A stretch of 64,000 nt of DNA, taken from the NCBI GenBank assembly GCA_963824065.1, contig CAWGNX010000002.1, positions 43,243 to 107,242 of the forward strand, in the 5' to 3' direction. The notes below the pieces were generated by a model. It ran no database searches, was not told the origin of the DNA, and saw only the letters and a program-made list of their open reading frames with translations. Positions 1 through 9,065 of the stretch are shown here, piece by piece. Positions within the stretch are counted from its first letter, which is position 1; each line of letters begins with the position of its first letter. The translations under genes and the position numbers were made by a program. This stretch comes from an uncultured Chloroflexia bacterium (GTDB lineage Bacteria > Chloroflexota > Anaerolineae > Anaerolineales > DRKV01).

Positions 1-181
1 CAAAATAGAGCAGGGCAAACAGCCCCCAGCCCAGCGCCGCGCCCAGGGCAATCGTCAGGCCAAGATTTCGTTTGAGCGGGGTGGATCGGAGCAGTGAGCC
101 GGTGAGAAAAAACCCTGTCATAACCGGAATCAGAATAGAGAGCCCGATCTTGATGACAATCCAGGCGTTGATGAGACTCAC
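1..181 (-). CDS. membrane protein, N-terminal part only (continues past left edge)
   Basis: An unclosed frame runs off the left edge, so it is absent from the ORF track. GTG at 181..179 overlaps the TGA of the upstream ORF (GTGA). The translation VSLINAWIVIKIGLSILIPVMTGFFLTGSLL... is rich in TM helices. Confidence 0.4.
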   Translation of the reverse strand, partial: MSLINAWIVIKIGLSILIPVMTGFFLTGSLLRSTPLKRNLGLTIALGAALGWGLFALLYF

Positions 182-750
182 GGTTTTCCCTCGCGCTCGA
201 CCAGATAGATACCACCGCCACACGATCTGACCAGGGAGTATCCTGGCAGGGGGCTCAGGCTGGATTTGAGGTTATCCGGGGTGAAAGCGATGATGAGTGG
301 ATAGTCTGCCTCGGAGTTGTAGTCGATGGAATCGATCCCCACCGCGTCAAAAACAAACGGTTCCACCCTGCCGGGTGCTGCTTCCGTTCCGCTGACCCCA
401 ACTGCATCCAGGCGCACAGGCGCGACTGCGTACTGTGCCATGCGGAAGAACTGCATGTAATTATCCGTCAGGTTATCGCCGACAATTGGTGACCAGAATC
501 CAATGACCTGGTCGCGGGGCAGGTCAGCCAGCAAACAGGCGAAGCTGTTCAAATAGCGAGTGGCGTTGTCCAGGGCAAGCTCACGGTCTTCGTCGAGCAG
601 CTTTGGGATCAACTTTTCCGGGCTGAAATAACGGTTAAAGTTTACCAGGCTGGTCACCAGCAGCCCGAAAATTAATACCACCGCCGACAGGCTGCGGCGG
701 GAGAGGTGGAAGCGGCTAGCTTCAGGGGGTTCTGGGTGGTTGACATTCAT
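178..750 (-). CDS. hypothetical membrane-anchored protein
   Basis: 190-aa ORF with one N-terminal hydrophobic anchor (LSAVVLIFGLLVTSLV). No family recognised. It is translationally coupled to the next ORF. Confidence 0.55.
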   Translation of the reverse strand: MNVNHPEPPEASRFHLSRRSLSAVVLIFGLLVTSLVNFNRYFSPEKLIPKLLDEDRELALDNATRYLNSFACLLADLPRDQVIGFWSPIVGDNLTDNYMQFFRMAQYAVAPVRLDAVGVSGTEAAPGRVEPFVFDAVGIDSIDYNSEADYPLIIAFTPDNLKSSLSPLPGYSLVRSCGGGIYLVEREGKP

Positions 751-829
751 GGGAATCAGCTAAAGAGGGGACCCGGTCGGTTTTCGCTCCGCATTATAAC
801 GGAGGAAACCGCCCCTGGGTGCGGGCCGG

Positions 830-2920
830 TCAGGCCCGGCGCCGGCGAAGGATAACAATGATACTGAGCAGCCCCAACCCGAGCCAGGCCACCAGGCTGA
901 TGCCCAGGCCATACCAAAGCAGGCGCGGCCGGAAGGTTAACAGAACCGCATGCGCGCCTGCTGCCAGGGGCACGCTGCGCAGCAGCCCGTTGAATCCCTG
1001 GACGGCAACCGGCTCGCCATCGACTTCGGCTTCCCAGCCGGGGTACATAATTTCTGCCAGCACGAGCTGCCCGGGTCCCTGGGCTTCGACCCGCAGCCGG
1101 AAGGGTGTGCTTTCGGTCAGCACGGCGGGGAAAAAAACCTCCCCACTGGGTGGAGCCTCAGGCGGAATGACCCAGGCGCGCGGCCGTGCCAGCTGGTTGC
1201 GGTAGATGCGCGTGCCATCCACTGTATCGACCAGCACCAGGCCCGTCACCGGCGGCAGGTCCGTCTCGGAGAGGATGAACTGAGCGCTCAGCAGTCCTAG
1301 TGCAGCCGGGTCGGGCGGGTAGGCGGCATTGGCTGTAAAGCCGTCTGCCAGGGGGGGCAGGGTTACCGAATATCCGGGGTTCGGGATGTTGCTGGCAGTT
1401 TCCATAAAGGTGACGTAATCCCGCAGTTGGAGCGGGTCGACGCCTTCGACAAGCTCCAGGCCTGAATCATAGGCCTGGAATTGGAGCAAACTGAAGGTAG
1501 GTGAGTAGACCCGAAAGTTACCGGGCTGGCGGACGAGGAAACGCGCCAGGTTTTCTTTAGGCTGCAGGATAGACTCCCAGGAGCGGTATGCAAGCAGAGC
1601 CTGCCCTGCCAAACCGCCATCCAGGACGAGCAGGAGCAGCGCCGCCAGCTGGATCGTGCGTGTGGGGGTCCTGGCAAGCAGGGCCACCCCAATGAGCAAG
1701 GCCGCGGCGAGCATCGCCGCGGCTCCCCAATAAAAAGGCGCCGGGCGTTCAGGCCGGGCAATCACCAGGATCACGACTGCCAGCCCGATTGTAAAGGCAG
1801 CCAGTCCGGCGAGCAGCAGGCGGGCACGCCGGCGCAGGGATGGGTCAGAAGCGATTGTTGGCAGGGCATCGAGACCGGTGCCCGCCAGAGCAGCCAGGGC
1901 AAGCCCGAACAGAAACAGGGTGCGCGGTGGGACGCGCAGCAAGCTCACCAGCGGCAGACGCCCCAGGACCGTGAAGCCGGGCAGGTTCTCACCCAGGGCA
2001 AACAGCAGCGCCAGCAGCGCAACAACAGACCAAAAGGCCACGGTTGGACGCCGCAGCAGACACACAACCGCCAGCAGCGCCAGCAGCAGCACGACGGCAC
2101 CTGGGTAGAGCGTGGTTTCGTGGGCTGCTCCAATCAGCGGGGGGTAGAGCACTCCCAACAAGCCGCCCGGGGAAAGCGAGATGGCGAATATTTCGGTGGG
2201 GTCGAGCGCGGCGCGCGTGCTGAGGGAGATCAATTCGAGCAGCGGCAGCCACAGGCAGGCTGCCAGCAGCAAGGTGAGCAGTACTGCGCCCAGGCATTCC
2301 ATTAAGCGGGCGAACAGGCGCCGGGCTGCAGGGGTCCCTTCAGATTGGCTCCAGGTAAGGTAGACTGCCCAGCCCAGCCACAGCGCCCCGGCATACACCG
2401 CCCAGCGCACATCGGCCAGGAAAACCAGCGCCAGCACCAGGCCGGAGGCGAATAGGCGGATCCATGGGCGGCGGACTCTGGCTGCCAGCAGCAGCCAGGG
2501 AGTCCACGGGACGGCGTAGAGCAGGGTCAGGTGCCCGGCTCCATATTGGGCAAACATCTTGGGTAGCAAGGCAAACGCCAGGCCGCCAAAAATGGCTCCG
2601 CCTGCACCGGTCCCTGACCGGCGCAACAGGAAATACAGCCCCAGCCCGCCCCATGCCAAGTGGAGGCCTACCAGCAGGTTGAACGCCAGCGGCAGCGGCA
2701 GCAGCAGGGCTGGCCAGCCAAACGGGTACCAAAACCCGTTGAGTGGGTTCGCCCCCAATGGGCTGCCGCTCAAAATCGTGGCAGACCACAAGGGCAGCCG
2801 CCCATTGCCGAGCAGCTCATCCCGCAGTGTGGCTGTGTTCAGGTAATGGGTGAGAGTCAGGTCTGAGAATTCAGCATCCCGATCGGGGTAGGCAAAACCA
2901 TTCCCGCCGCGCCCGAGCAC
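830..2920 (-). CDS. YfhO-like polytopic membrane protein (putative GT-C glycosyltransferase); 5' end unresolved
   Basis: 696-aa multi-TM ORF. The N-terminal region (LTHYLNTATLRDELL..GRLPLWSATILSGSPLGANPLNGFWYPFGWP) looks like YfhO-family proteins. The track start is a GTG. An in-frame TM helix (ELFWLLVLAIPFLL) lies upstream with no start codon, next to a G7 run at 2967-2973. Confidence 0.7.
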   Translation of the reverse strand: MLGRGGNGFAYPDRDAEFSDLTLTHYLNTATLRDELLGNGRLPLWSATILSGSPLGANPLNGFWYPFGWPALLLPLPLAFNLLVGLHLAWGGLGLYFLLRRSGTGAGGAIFGGLAFALLPKMFAQYGAGHLTLLYAVPWTPWLLLAARVRRPWIRLFASGLVLALVFLADVRWAVYAGALWLGWAVYLTWSQSEGTPAARRLFARLMECLGAVLLTLLLAACLWLPLLELISLSTRAALDPTEIFAISLSPGGLLGVLYPPLIGAAHETTLYPGAVVLLLALLAVVCLLRRPTVAFWSVVALLALLFALGENLPGFTVLGRLPLVSLLRVPPRTLFLFGLALAALAGTGLDALPTIASDPSLRRRARLLLAGLAAFTIGLAVVILVIARPERPAPFYWGAAAMLAAALLIGVALLARTPTRTIQLAALLLLVLDGGLAGQALLAYRSWESILQPKENLARFLVRQPGNFRVYSPTFSLLQFQAYDSGLELVEGVDPLQLRDYVTFMETASNIPNPGYSVTLPPLADGFTANAAYPPDPAALGLLSAQFILSETDLPPVTGLVLVDTVDGTRIYRNQLARPRAWVIPPEAPPSGEVFFPAVLTESTPFRLRVEAQGPGQLVLAEIMYPGWEAEVDGEPVAVQGFNGLLRSVPLAAGAHAVLLTFRPRLLWYGLGISLVAWLGLGLLSIIVILRRRRA

Positions 2921-3025
2921 CAGCAGGAACGGGATCGCCAGGACGAGCAGCCAGAACAGCTCACGCGGGGGGGATGGCCGGAAGGTTTTCAGGATGACCA
3001 GCTCCGGGAAGTTTCAAAACAGCGG

Positions 3026-3823
3026 TCAATACGTGGTCGGGCGCAGGCGAACTGCCAGCACCGGTGGAATCTCAGAATAGCTGTACCAGGAGAGCGGCTG
3101 CCCGGATTCTGGTACAGGCTGGAAAGCGGGTTCCTCCAGGCCATCGATCACCCAGCCAGCCCGGAAGCACGCTGAGAACAAGATATGCAGCGGGCGGTGG
3201 AAATAATACTGCAGCACCGGTTGGCCGGAAATGGCCTCGCCTTCGGTCACCCGGGGGGTGAGGTAGTGGGTCACTTTAAGCGCATGTTGTACCGCCAGGG
3301 TTCCCTCCAAACCGGATTCGGCAGCCAGGAACGTGCCATACGAATTGAAACACGGGTGCATCAGAGTGAAGACAAATCGCCCGGCAGGGGCCAGCAGGTG
3401 GGGCAGGATTTCCAGGAGGGGCTCGATCGCGGCTATATCCATGAAAGCCATGTTGCACACCGCGGCGCTGTACTGCCGACCGGCTAACTTCTGCATATCT
3501 GCGCGGCTGGTGACATCCAGCTGCAAATATTCAATCTCGCCGCCGCGGGAGCGCGCCAGCCCTAACAGGCTGGGGCTGTAATCCGTTGCGGTCACTTGAA
3601 TCCCTTGGGAGGCCTGACGGCGGGCAAAGGTGCCGTTGCCGCAAGCCAGCTCCAGCAGGCTCTCACCGGGATGCATGGCGAGCAAGCGCTCGGCAGCCGG
3701 AAAAACCAGCTCGATGGCGAACCGGTTGCCAGTTTCACTCATGCGGTTGTCCCAATAGGCCGCGTTTGCATCCCAACGCTGGCGTGACTCTCCCGCCAGA
3801 TGTTCCCATTCTGATGCACTCAT
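3026..3823 (-). CDS. class I SAM-dependent methyltransferase
   Basis: Motif I is LLELACGNGTF, followed by acidic TDYS. I start the gene at the internal ATG 3823 (MSASEWEHL...), 10 nt after the galE stop. The longer track ORF would overlap galE. Confidence 0.8.
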   Translation of the reverse strand: MSASEWEHLAGESRQRWDANAAYWDNRMSETGNRFAIELVFPAAERLLAMHPGESLLELACGNGTFARRQASQGIQVTATDYSPSLLGLARSRGGEIEYLQLDVTSRADMQKLAGRQYSAAVCNMAFMDIAAIEPLLEILPHLLAPAGRFVFTLMHPCFNSYGTFLAAESGLEGTLAVQHALKVTHYLTPRVTEGEAISGQPVLQYYFHRPLHILFSACFRAGWVIDGLEEPAFQPVPESGQPLSWYSYSEIPPVLAVRLRPTTY

Positions 3824-3833
3824 GCAAAGCTCC

Positions 3834-4850
3834 TTAAGTGTCCGGGTAGCCGTCGGGATTTGCTTTCTGCCAGCGCCAGGCGTCGGCGCACATCTGTTCC
3901 AGGGTGCACTCCGCCTGCCAGCCAAGCTCAATGTAGGCCAGGGAGGGATCGGCGTAACTGACTGCCAGATCACCCAGACGGCGCCCGGTGATTTCATAAG
4001 GAATATTGAGCCCGGTGGCACTCTCAAAGGCCTGGATCACTTCCAATACACTGTACCCCTGACCGGTTCCGAGATTGTAGATTTGCGCCCCGGTGTTGAC
4101 CTCCAGACTGGCGAGGGCGCGCAGATGGCCGCGTGCCAGGTCCATAACATGGATGTAATCGCGAATAGGCGTGCCGTCTGAGGTGGGATAGTCACCCCCA
4201 AAAACTTGCAGGCGCGGCAGGTGACCGGTGGCGACCTGGGTGAGGTAAGGCATCAGGTTGACCGGGATGCCGCGCGGGTCCTCGCCGATTTGCCCGGAAG
4301 AATGGGCCCCGACCGGGTTGAAGTAGCGCAGGATGCTGATGCCCCATTCTGGGGCGGAGGCCTGCAGATCTAATAGCATTTCTTCGATCATGACTTTGGA
4401 ACGACCGTACGGGTTAATGGCACGCCGCGGGTAGGATTCTTTGAGCGGGCAGGGATTTTCCGGGCCATAAACGGTTGCGGAGGAGCTGAAGACCAGCTTG
4501 TTTACGCCATTGGCTTGCATGGCGGCGCACAGGTGCAGCGTGCCTGTCAGGTTGTTGTGATAATAACGCAGCGGCTGGGCGAGCGATTCATTCGGGGATT
4601 TCAGTCCGGCAAAGTGGATCACAGCCTCCACCGGTCGTTGAGCAAAAACATCCAGCAAGGCAGTCTCGTCCAGCAGGTCGACCTGGTAAAAATCAAGCCG
4701 GGCCTCAGCCAGGCCTTCCACCCTCCGCAGCGCTTCGCGGCGGGAATTGCTCAAATTATCGACGACACTCACTGCATAGCCAGCCTGAAGCAGCGCCAGG
4801 CAGGTGTGGCTGCCGATATAGCCTGCGCCGCCGGTTACAAGGATGTGCAT
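3834..4850 (-). CDS. galE: UDP-glucose 4-epimerase
   Basis: MHILVTGGAGYIGSHTC Rossmann motif, the YGRSK catalytic motif, and full-length similarity to GalE (338 aa). Confidence 0.92.
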   Translation of the reverse strand: MHILVTGGAGYIGSHTCLALLQAGYAVSVVDNLSNSRREALRRVEGLAEARLDFYQVDLLDETALLDVFAQRPVEAVIHFAGLKSPNESLAQPLRYYHNNLTGTLHLCAAMQANGVNKLVFSSSATVYGPENPCPLKESYPRRAINPYGRSKVMIEEMLLDLQASAPEWGISILRYFNPVGAHSSGQIGEDPRGIPVNLMPYLTQVATGHLPRLQVFGGDYPTSDGTPIRDYIHVMDLARGHLRALASLEVNTGAQIYNLGTGQGYSVLEVIQAFESATGLNIPYEITGRRLGDLAVSYADPSLAYIELGWQAECTLEQMCADAWRWQKANPDGYPDT

Positions 4851-4990
4851 GCTGACCTCGTGATTGGAATCATGGTTTGCGCGGTATTGTACCCCAGAAC
4901 GTGGAGGCGAGATCAGCTAAGCGCGATCGTGGAAAGCGTGGCGCGCTTCCTGGTCAAACCGGATACCGCAAATCTTGACAATTCTCAATA

Positions 4991-5638
4991 ATGAGAATAA
5001 AATCAAAATCGATTATCAACTATGAGAATAAAGGGAAACCCATCCTGAAAGAAACTCGCCTGGATCTCATCCTGCACCCGGTGCGCATCCGGATTGTCAT
5101 GGCCCTGGCCGGCCAGCAGAAAAGCCCGGCTGAGCTGGGTGAGCTGCTGGGTGACGTCCCGCAGGCAACCCTGTACCGCCACATCCAGAAGCTGGTGGCG
5201 GGGGGGCTGCTGGAGGTGGTGGCAGAACGCCGGGTGCGCAACACGGTCGAGCGAATTTACTCGCTTAAGCCGGGGAGCGCTTACCTGTCGTTGGGTGAAG
5301 CGGGCCAGCTGACCCGTGAAGATCATTTGCGGGGGTTTGTAAGCTACCTGCTGGGACTGCTGGACGATTATGCCCGTTTTATCCGCGAGGCAGACCTGCC
5401 AGATGACCTGAACCGGATGGGGTTTCAAAAGCTTGCATTCTACGTATCACCTGAGGAATTTCAGGCTTTTAATCAGCTGATGAATGAAAGCCTGGCTCCG
5501 CAGCTTGCCAAAGGACCGGCGCCCGGGCGCACGCGGCAGCTGCTGGCGTTGATCACCCTGCCCGATGTGACGCTGTCCCCGGATGCCGGGGACGCCGAAA
5601 CTGCCCTGCCAGATGCATCCTGGCCGGAAACGAATTAG
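4991..5638 (+). CDS. ArsR-type winged-helix transcriptional regulator
   Basis: LHPVRIRIVMALAGQQKSPAELGELLGDVPQATLYRHIQKLVAGGLLEVV is a typical ArsR/HTH_20 core. ATG 4991 is the only ATG upstream of this core. Confidence 0.75.
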   Translation: MRIKSKSIINYENKGKPILKETRLDLILHPVRIRIVMALAGQQKSPAELGELLGDVPQATLYRHIQKLVAGGLLEVVAERRVRNTVERIYSLKPGSAYLSLGEAGQLTREDHLRGFVSYLLGLLDDYARFIREADLPDDLNRMGFQKLAFYVSPEEFQAFNQLMNESLAPQLAKGPAPGRTRQLLALITLPDVTLSPDAGDAETALPDASWPETN

Positions 5639-5673
5639 CCCGCAGCGCGGGATCTAATTTAAAGGAGAAATTG

Positions 5674-6666
5674 ATGGAATCCCGTACTCTTGATACCCGC
5701 CGGATCGGTCTATACCTGGTGTTCGCGTTTGGCATCTCATGGGCAACTGGCGGTATTATCTGGTTGACCGGCGGCCTGCAGAACAGCCCGATCCTGGTTC
5801 CCGGCACGACGTTAACCGTGGCCCTGGTGCTGCTGGCAACGTTTTACATGTGGGGACCGGCGCTGGCGCATATTCTCACCCGCCTGGTTACACGTGAAGG
5901 CTGGCAAAATGCCCAGCTCAGAGGCGGCCTGCGGAGGGGTTGGATCTACTGGGTGCTGGCCTGGGTCCTGCCTGCAGTGCTCACCATCCTGGGGGCCGCC
6001 CTGTATTTCTACCTGTACCCGGCCTACTACGACGCAGGGGGCAGCCTGCTGCGCCAACAAATCCTGGCAGTGACAGGTAATGACCTCCAAATACCGCTCA
6101 TGGCATTTGCAGTCTCGCAGACCATACAGGCCGTTCTGCTGGCGCCGATCTTGAATGCGATCCCAACCTTTGGCGAGGAATTTGGCTGGCGGGGCTACCT
6201 GCAGCCGAAGCTGATGCCCCTGGGTGGGCGCAAAGCGGTGCTGCTGGTGGGTGTGATTTGGGGAGTGTGGCACTGGCCGGTGATTGCCATGGGTTACAAC
6301 TATGGGTTTGACTACGCAGGTTTCCCCTGGCTGGGCTTGTTGGGCATGGTGTGGTTCTGCATCGTGTTAGGCGTCATCATTGGCTGGCTGGCACTGCGTG
6401 GGGGCAGCGTTTGGCCGGCAGTGATCGCCCACGGGGCAGTTAACGGGATTGCTGGGATTGGTGGGTTGTTCATTGCTGGGACGCCCAACCTGCTGCTGGG
6501 TCCCACGCCGGTGGGTGTCATCGCTTTGATCCCGTTTACGATCCTGGCGCTGGTGATTCTGCTCGTTCCAGGCGCGCTAAAACCTGCCCAGGAACCCGAG
6601 CCTGGCCCGCTGGTAGATGGAGCCGTCTCTGTGCCGAAGCCGTTGTCTGGCTCAGGCACGCCGTAA
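5674..6666 (+). CDS. CPBP (CAAX) family intramembrane glutamic endopeptidase
   Basis: EEFGWRGYLQP (EExxxR motif) and a downstream HGAVN motif in a polytopic protein. AAGGAG lies 6 nt before ATG 5674. Confidence 0.85.
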   Translation: MESRTLDTRRIGLYLVFAFGISWATGGIIWLTGGLQNSPILVPGTTLTVALVLLATFYMWGPALAHILTRLVTREGWQNAQLRGGLRRGWIYWVLAWVLPAVLTILGAALYFYLYPAYYDAGGSLLRQQILAVTGNDLQIPLMAFAVSQTIQAVLLAPILNAIPTFGEEFGWRGYLQPKLMPLGGRKAVLLVGVIWGVWHWPVIAMGYNYGFDYAGFPWLGLLGMVWFCIVLGVIIGWLALRGGSVWPAVIAHGAVNGIAGIGGLFIAGTPNLLLGPTPVGVIALIPFTILALVILLVPGALKPAQEPEPGPLVDGAVSVPKPLSGSGTP

Positions 6667-6711
6667 TTCCAGGTCTGACCTGCCCTGACCGCCCCATTCG
6701 GGGCGGTTTTA

Positions 6712-7128
6712 TTAATCCCGGTGGCGCAGCAGGTGCAGCAGTCCGGCTGCGGCGAGGAGCGCAGCCGCCAGGGACCCCACGCTTCCCGGGAAGAACCGTT
6801 CCATCCAGGAGGCGAAAAATCGTCCCGGAAAAAGCAACGTCAGCCCTCCAAATGCCCTGAGGGACGGGTAGATGAACAATGCCAGCCCAGCGAACAGGAA
6901 GACACAGGCTGCCGGGCGGTGTTCCCTCGGCCGGCTCCACAGGTAGGCCACCAGCAAAACGAGTATGGCTGCAACCAGGAGGATGAGGGCCTGGACACCA
7001 AGATAATACGGGGGAAAGTTAAACGTCCTGCCAGCCTACATCCGCAGGCGATCCTGCAGACCCGTGGTGAAATAGATCGCCAGGATTGTGCCCAACAAAG
7101 CCAGGATCGGTTTGTAGTAGCTTCGCAT
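6712..7128 (-). pseudogene. small multi-TM membrane protein interrupted by an in-frame TAG (or two separate small ORFs)
   Basis: A 30-aa ORF, MRSYYKPILALLGTILAIYFTTGLQDRLRM, has GAGGA 5 nt upstream of its ATG. It ends at TAG 7038-7036. The same frame continues AGRTFNFPPYYLGVQALILLVAAILVLLVAYLW..., with no start codon until a TTG in the middle of that TM helix. Confidence 0.3.
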
Positions 7129-7180
7129 ATTTATCCTCGCTTTCAGCTCGACCAGCGGCGGGGAAATCCAGGATATGACA

Positions 7181-8284
7181 TCAATCTTCTTCCAGCCCGT
7201 AGACCGGCGCAAGCCGTCGAAATCGGGCTGGAACGGAGAGGATATCTGTGTTGTCAACCCACTGGTCCACCTTGCCGACGCCAAAGGGCAGCGCCTGCAC
7301 GGCGGGATCCGTTATTGCGCCGTGCAGTATGTGCCCGATCGTTTCGCCCTGGATAACCCAAAATGGGCGCTTATAAAACGGTTGGGCCGACTCGGGCACC
7401 GGCGGGCACAGTTCCAGTCGGTTCTGCCGGCGGGCAGCCAGCTGGCAGGCAAGCATGTAAGCATCCTGGCGACTCTGCCAGGTTTGGGCTTGCAGGACCT
7501 CGCTGAGCAGAGGTGCCATCTCTGCTGCACAGTCCAGCTGGAGAAACGCGCTACCAAACCATTTGGAGTAGGGGGCATAGGCTCTTTCCTGCAGCAGGCA
7601 TAGGCGCATCAGGTCCCGCACCAGACGGGCAGTAATCACCTGCGAGCCGGATTCATCCCCCACGCTGCCAGTGCGCCCAATGAAAGGCTCTTCCTGCCCT
7701 ATACGCGCCCACTGGGCAGCCAGTAGGTAGCGCCAGACGTCCTGAGGGTACCAGCGCAGGCGCTCCTGGAAGGGGTGCAGGAGCCCCAGAGCGTCATAAA
7801 ACACCGGCCCCTGGACCAGGCTGCGCAGGATTTGCTCTGGCACCAGCAGCCAGTCCGCCAGGCGGAGGCCGTCCTGCATATCCCGCCCGGTCTGGAGCGT
7901 TAAAAATTGGCCCCATTCCCGGATTATAATGTAAGGGTTGATGGGTCTTCCGGCAGGTTCAGCCGGCAGCAGGGTGCCTGGCTCGTCTGGGGAGGCGGCG
8001 AAGTGGGTCGAGTAGCCTGAAAATTTTTCGGGCAACTGATCGCCCAATGCCTTGAGAATGGAGCCAGCCAGCGCAGCGTGCTCCTGGGGGTGGAGATAAA
8101 GATCCAGGCGCGGCCCCCAGTTGTGATCGCGGGACATCGCCGTGTCAAAGCCCTGCACTTCAGAGCCGGGGCCGAAAAGTGCGGCGGCATAACGCAGCCC
8201 GGGAAAATTGTCCTGCATAATTGGCCGGACGGCGGTATGGTAATATCGGGCAGACAGCTCCCGCCCGGGGAGAAATTCAGGCAT
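7181..8284 (-). CDS. nucleotidyltransferase-fold / DUF4037-family protein
   Basis: The N-terminal ALFGPGSEVQGFDTAMSRDHNWGPRLDL matches my memory of the G-S...D-x-D pol-beta-type NTase signature and the DUF4037 family pattern. 367 aa. Confidence 0.65.
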   Translation of the reverse strand: MPEFLPGRELSARYYHTAVRPIMQDNFPGLRYAAALFGPGSEVQGFDTAMSRDHNWGPRLDLYLHPQEHAALAGSILKALGDQLPEKFSGYSTHFAASPDEPGTLLPAEPAGRPINPYIIIREWGQFLTLQTGRDMQDGLRLADWLLVPEQILRSLVQGPVFYDALGLLHPFQERLRWYPQDVWRYLLAAQWARIGQEEPFIGRTGSVGDESGSQVITARLVRDLMRLCLLQERAYAPYSKWFGSAFLQLDCAAEMAPLLSEVLQAQTWQSRQDAYMLACQLAARRQNRLELCPPVPESAQPFYKRPFWVIQGETIGHILHGAITDPAVQALPFGVGKVDQWVDNTDILSVPARFRRLAPVYGLEED

Positions 8285-8586
8285 CCCGCCTCCAATCTTT
8301 ACCTTGATTTTACATCAGGCCAGCGACTCGGAGTACCTGCCGATTGGGGCGAGGCAAGATCACCCGGAAATGCACTCTGCGGCACTGGCGTAACTATTTT
8401 CTCAGCAGGGGTTAACTTTAAAGAGTGCAAATTGAAGCTCGCATCCGGTATAATCCAAGCAGATTTTGGAAGGAGCACTTTGATCAGCAACCTAAATTTG
8501 AACCTGGGCATTGGTTCATTAATTCGAAATTTGATCCCCCATTTCTGCACACCAACCAACCTTCCGGTTTCCATGGGGAGGCGCGC

Positions 8587-8871
8587 TTGAGTAAGCTGAC
8601 TGGCATGCTGATGATGGATATTATTGGCAGCGCCGATGTGGCGCGCCTGGGTCCTGAACAATATTACGATCTGAACGAGCTCAATTACCGCCGCCTGCAG
8701 GCACTCGCTAATGCCAACCCGCTGGTGGCAACTTTGCTGGAACAATGCCTGGTCATCGATCGTGCCAATGAGACGATTTGCCTGGTGCCGGTTGACTCGG
8801 TCCAGGAGATTCAAACCAGACTGCTGGCTTCTCCAGAACAAGAAAGGAACGAAACAGCCGGTTCGGCATAA
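8587..8871 (+). CDS. hypothetical protein
   Basis: The protein-like part of ORF 8425-8871 starts at TTG 8587, preceded by GGGGAGG. ATG 8605 is an alternative start. The antisense 180-aa ORF has poorer composition. Confidence 0.4.
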   Translation: MSKLTGMLMMDIIGSADVARLGPEQYYDLNELNYRRLQALANANPLVATLLEQCLVIDRANETICLVPVDSVQEIQTRLLASPEQERNETAGSA

Positions 8872-9065
8872 CTGTGCGGGGTTACCGTGCGGGATTACCG
8901 TGCGGGGAACTGTGCGGCTACCAACGGTCTACCGCGTCTTCTACCAGGCACAAGCCCGGTTTTTGAGAAGATCCACCCGGTACGCGGCAAACTTTGCCCG
9001 GGTAATTGCCGGTTGCAGGCTGGCCGAGTTTCGCCCTGGACGAAGGTCCAGGCAGAAAGAAAATT

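Noticed and set aside
4975-5002. TTGACA-17-TAAAAT promoter-like element
   Set aside because: Its -10 box lies inside the only plausible coding start of the ArsR-type gene (ATG 4991). Using it would leave the HTH protein without a start codon. It may still be part of the AT-rich operator-like patch reported as a finding.
8299-8841. 180-aa minus-strand ORF in the track
   Set aside because: It overlaps the plus-strand ORF 8587-8871, which has an RBS-like GGGGAGG and more protein-like composition. Neither is strongly supported, and I kept only the plus-strand call at low confidence.
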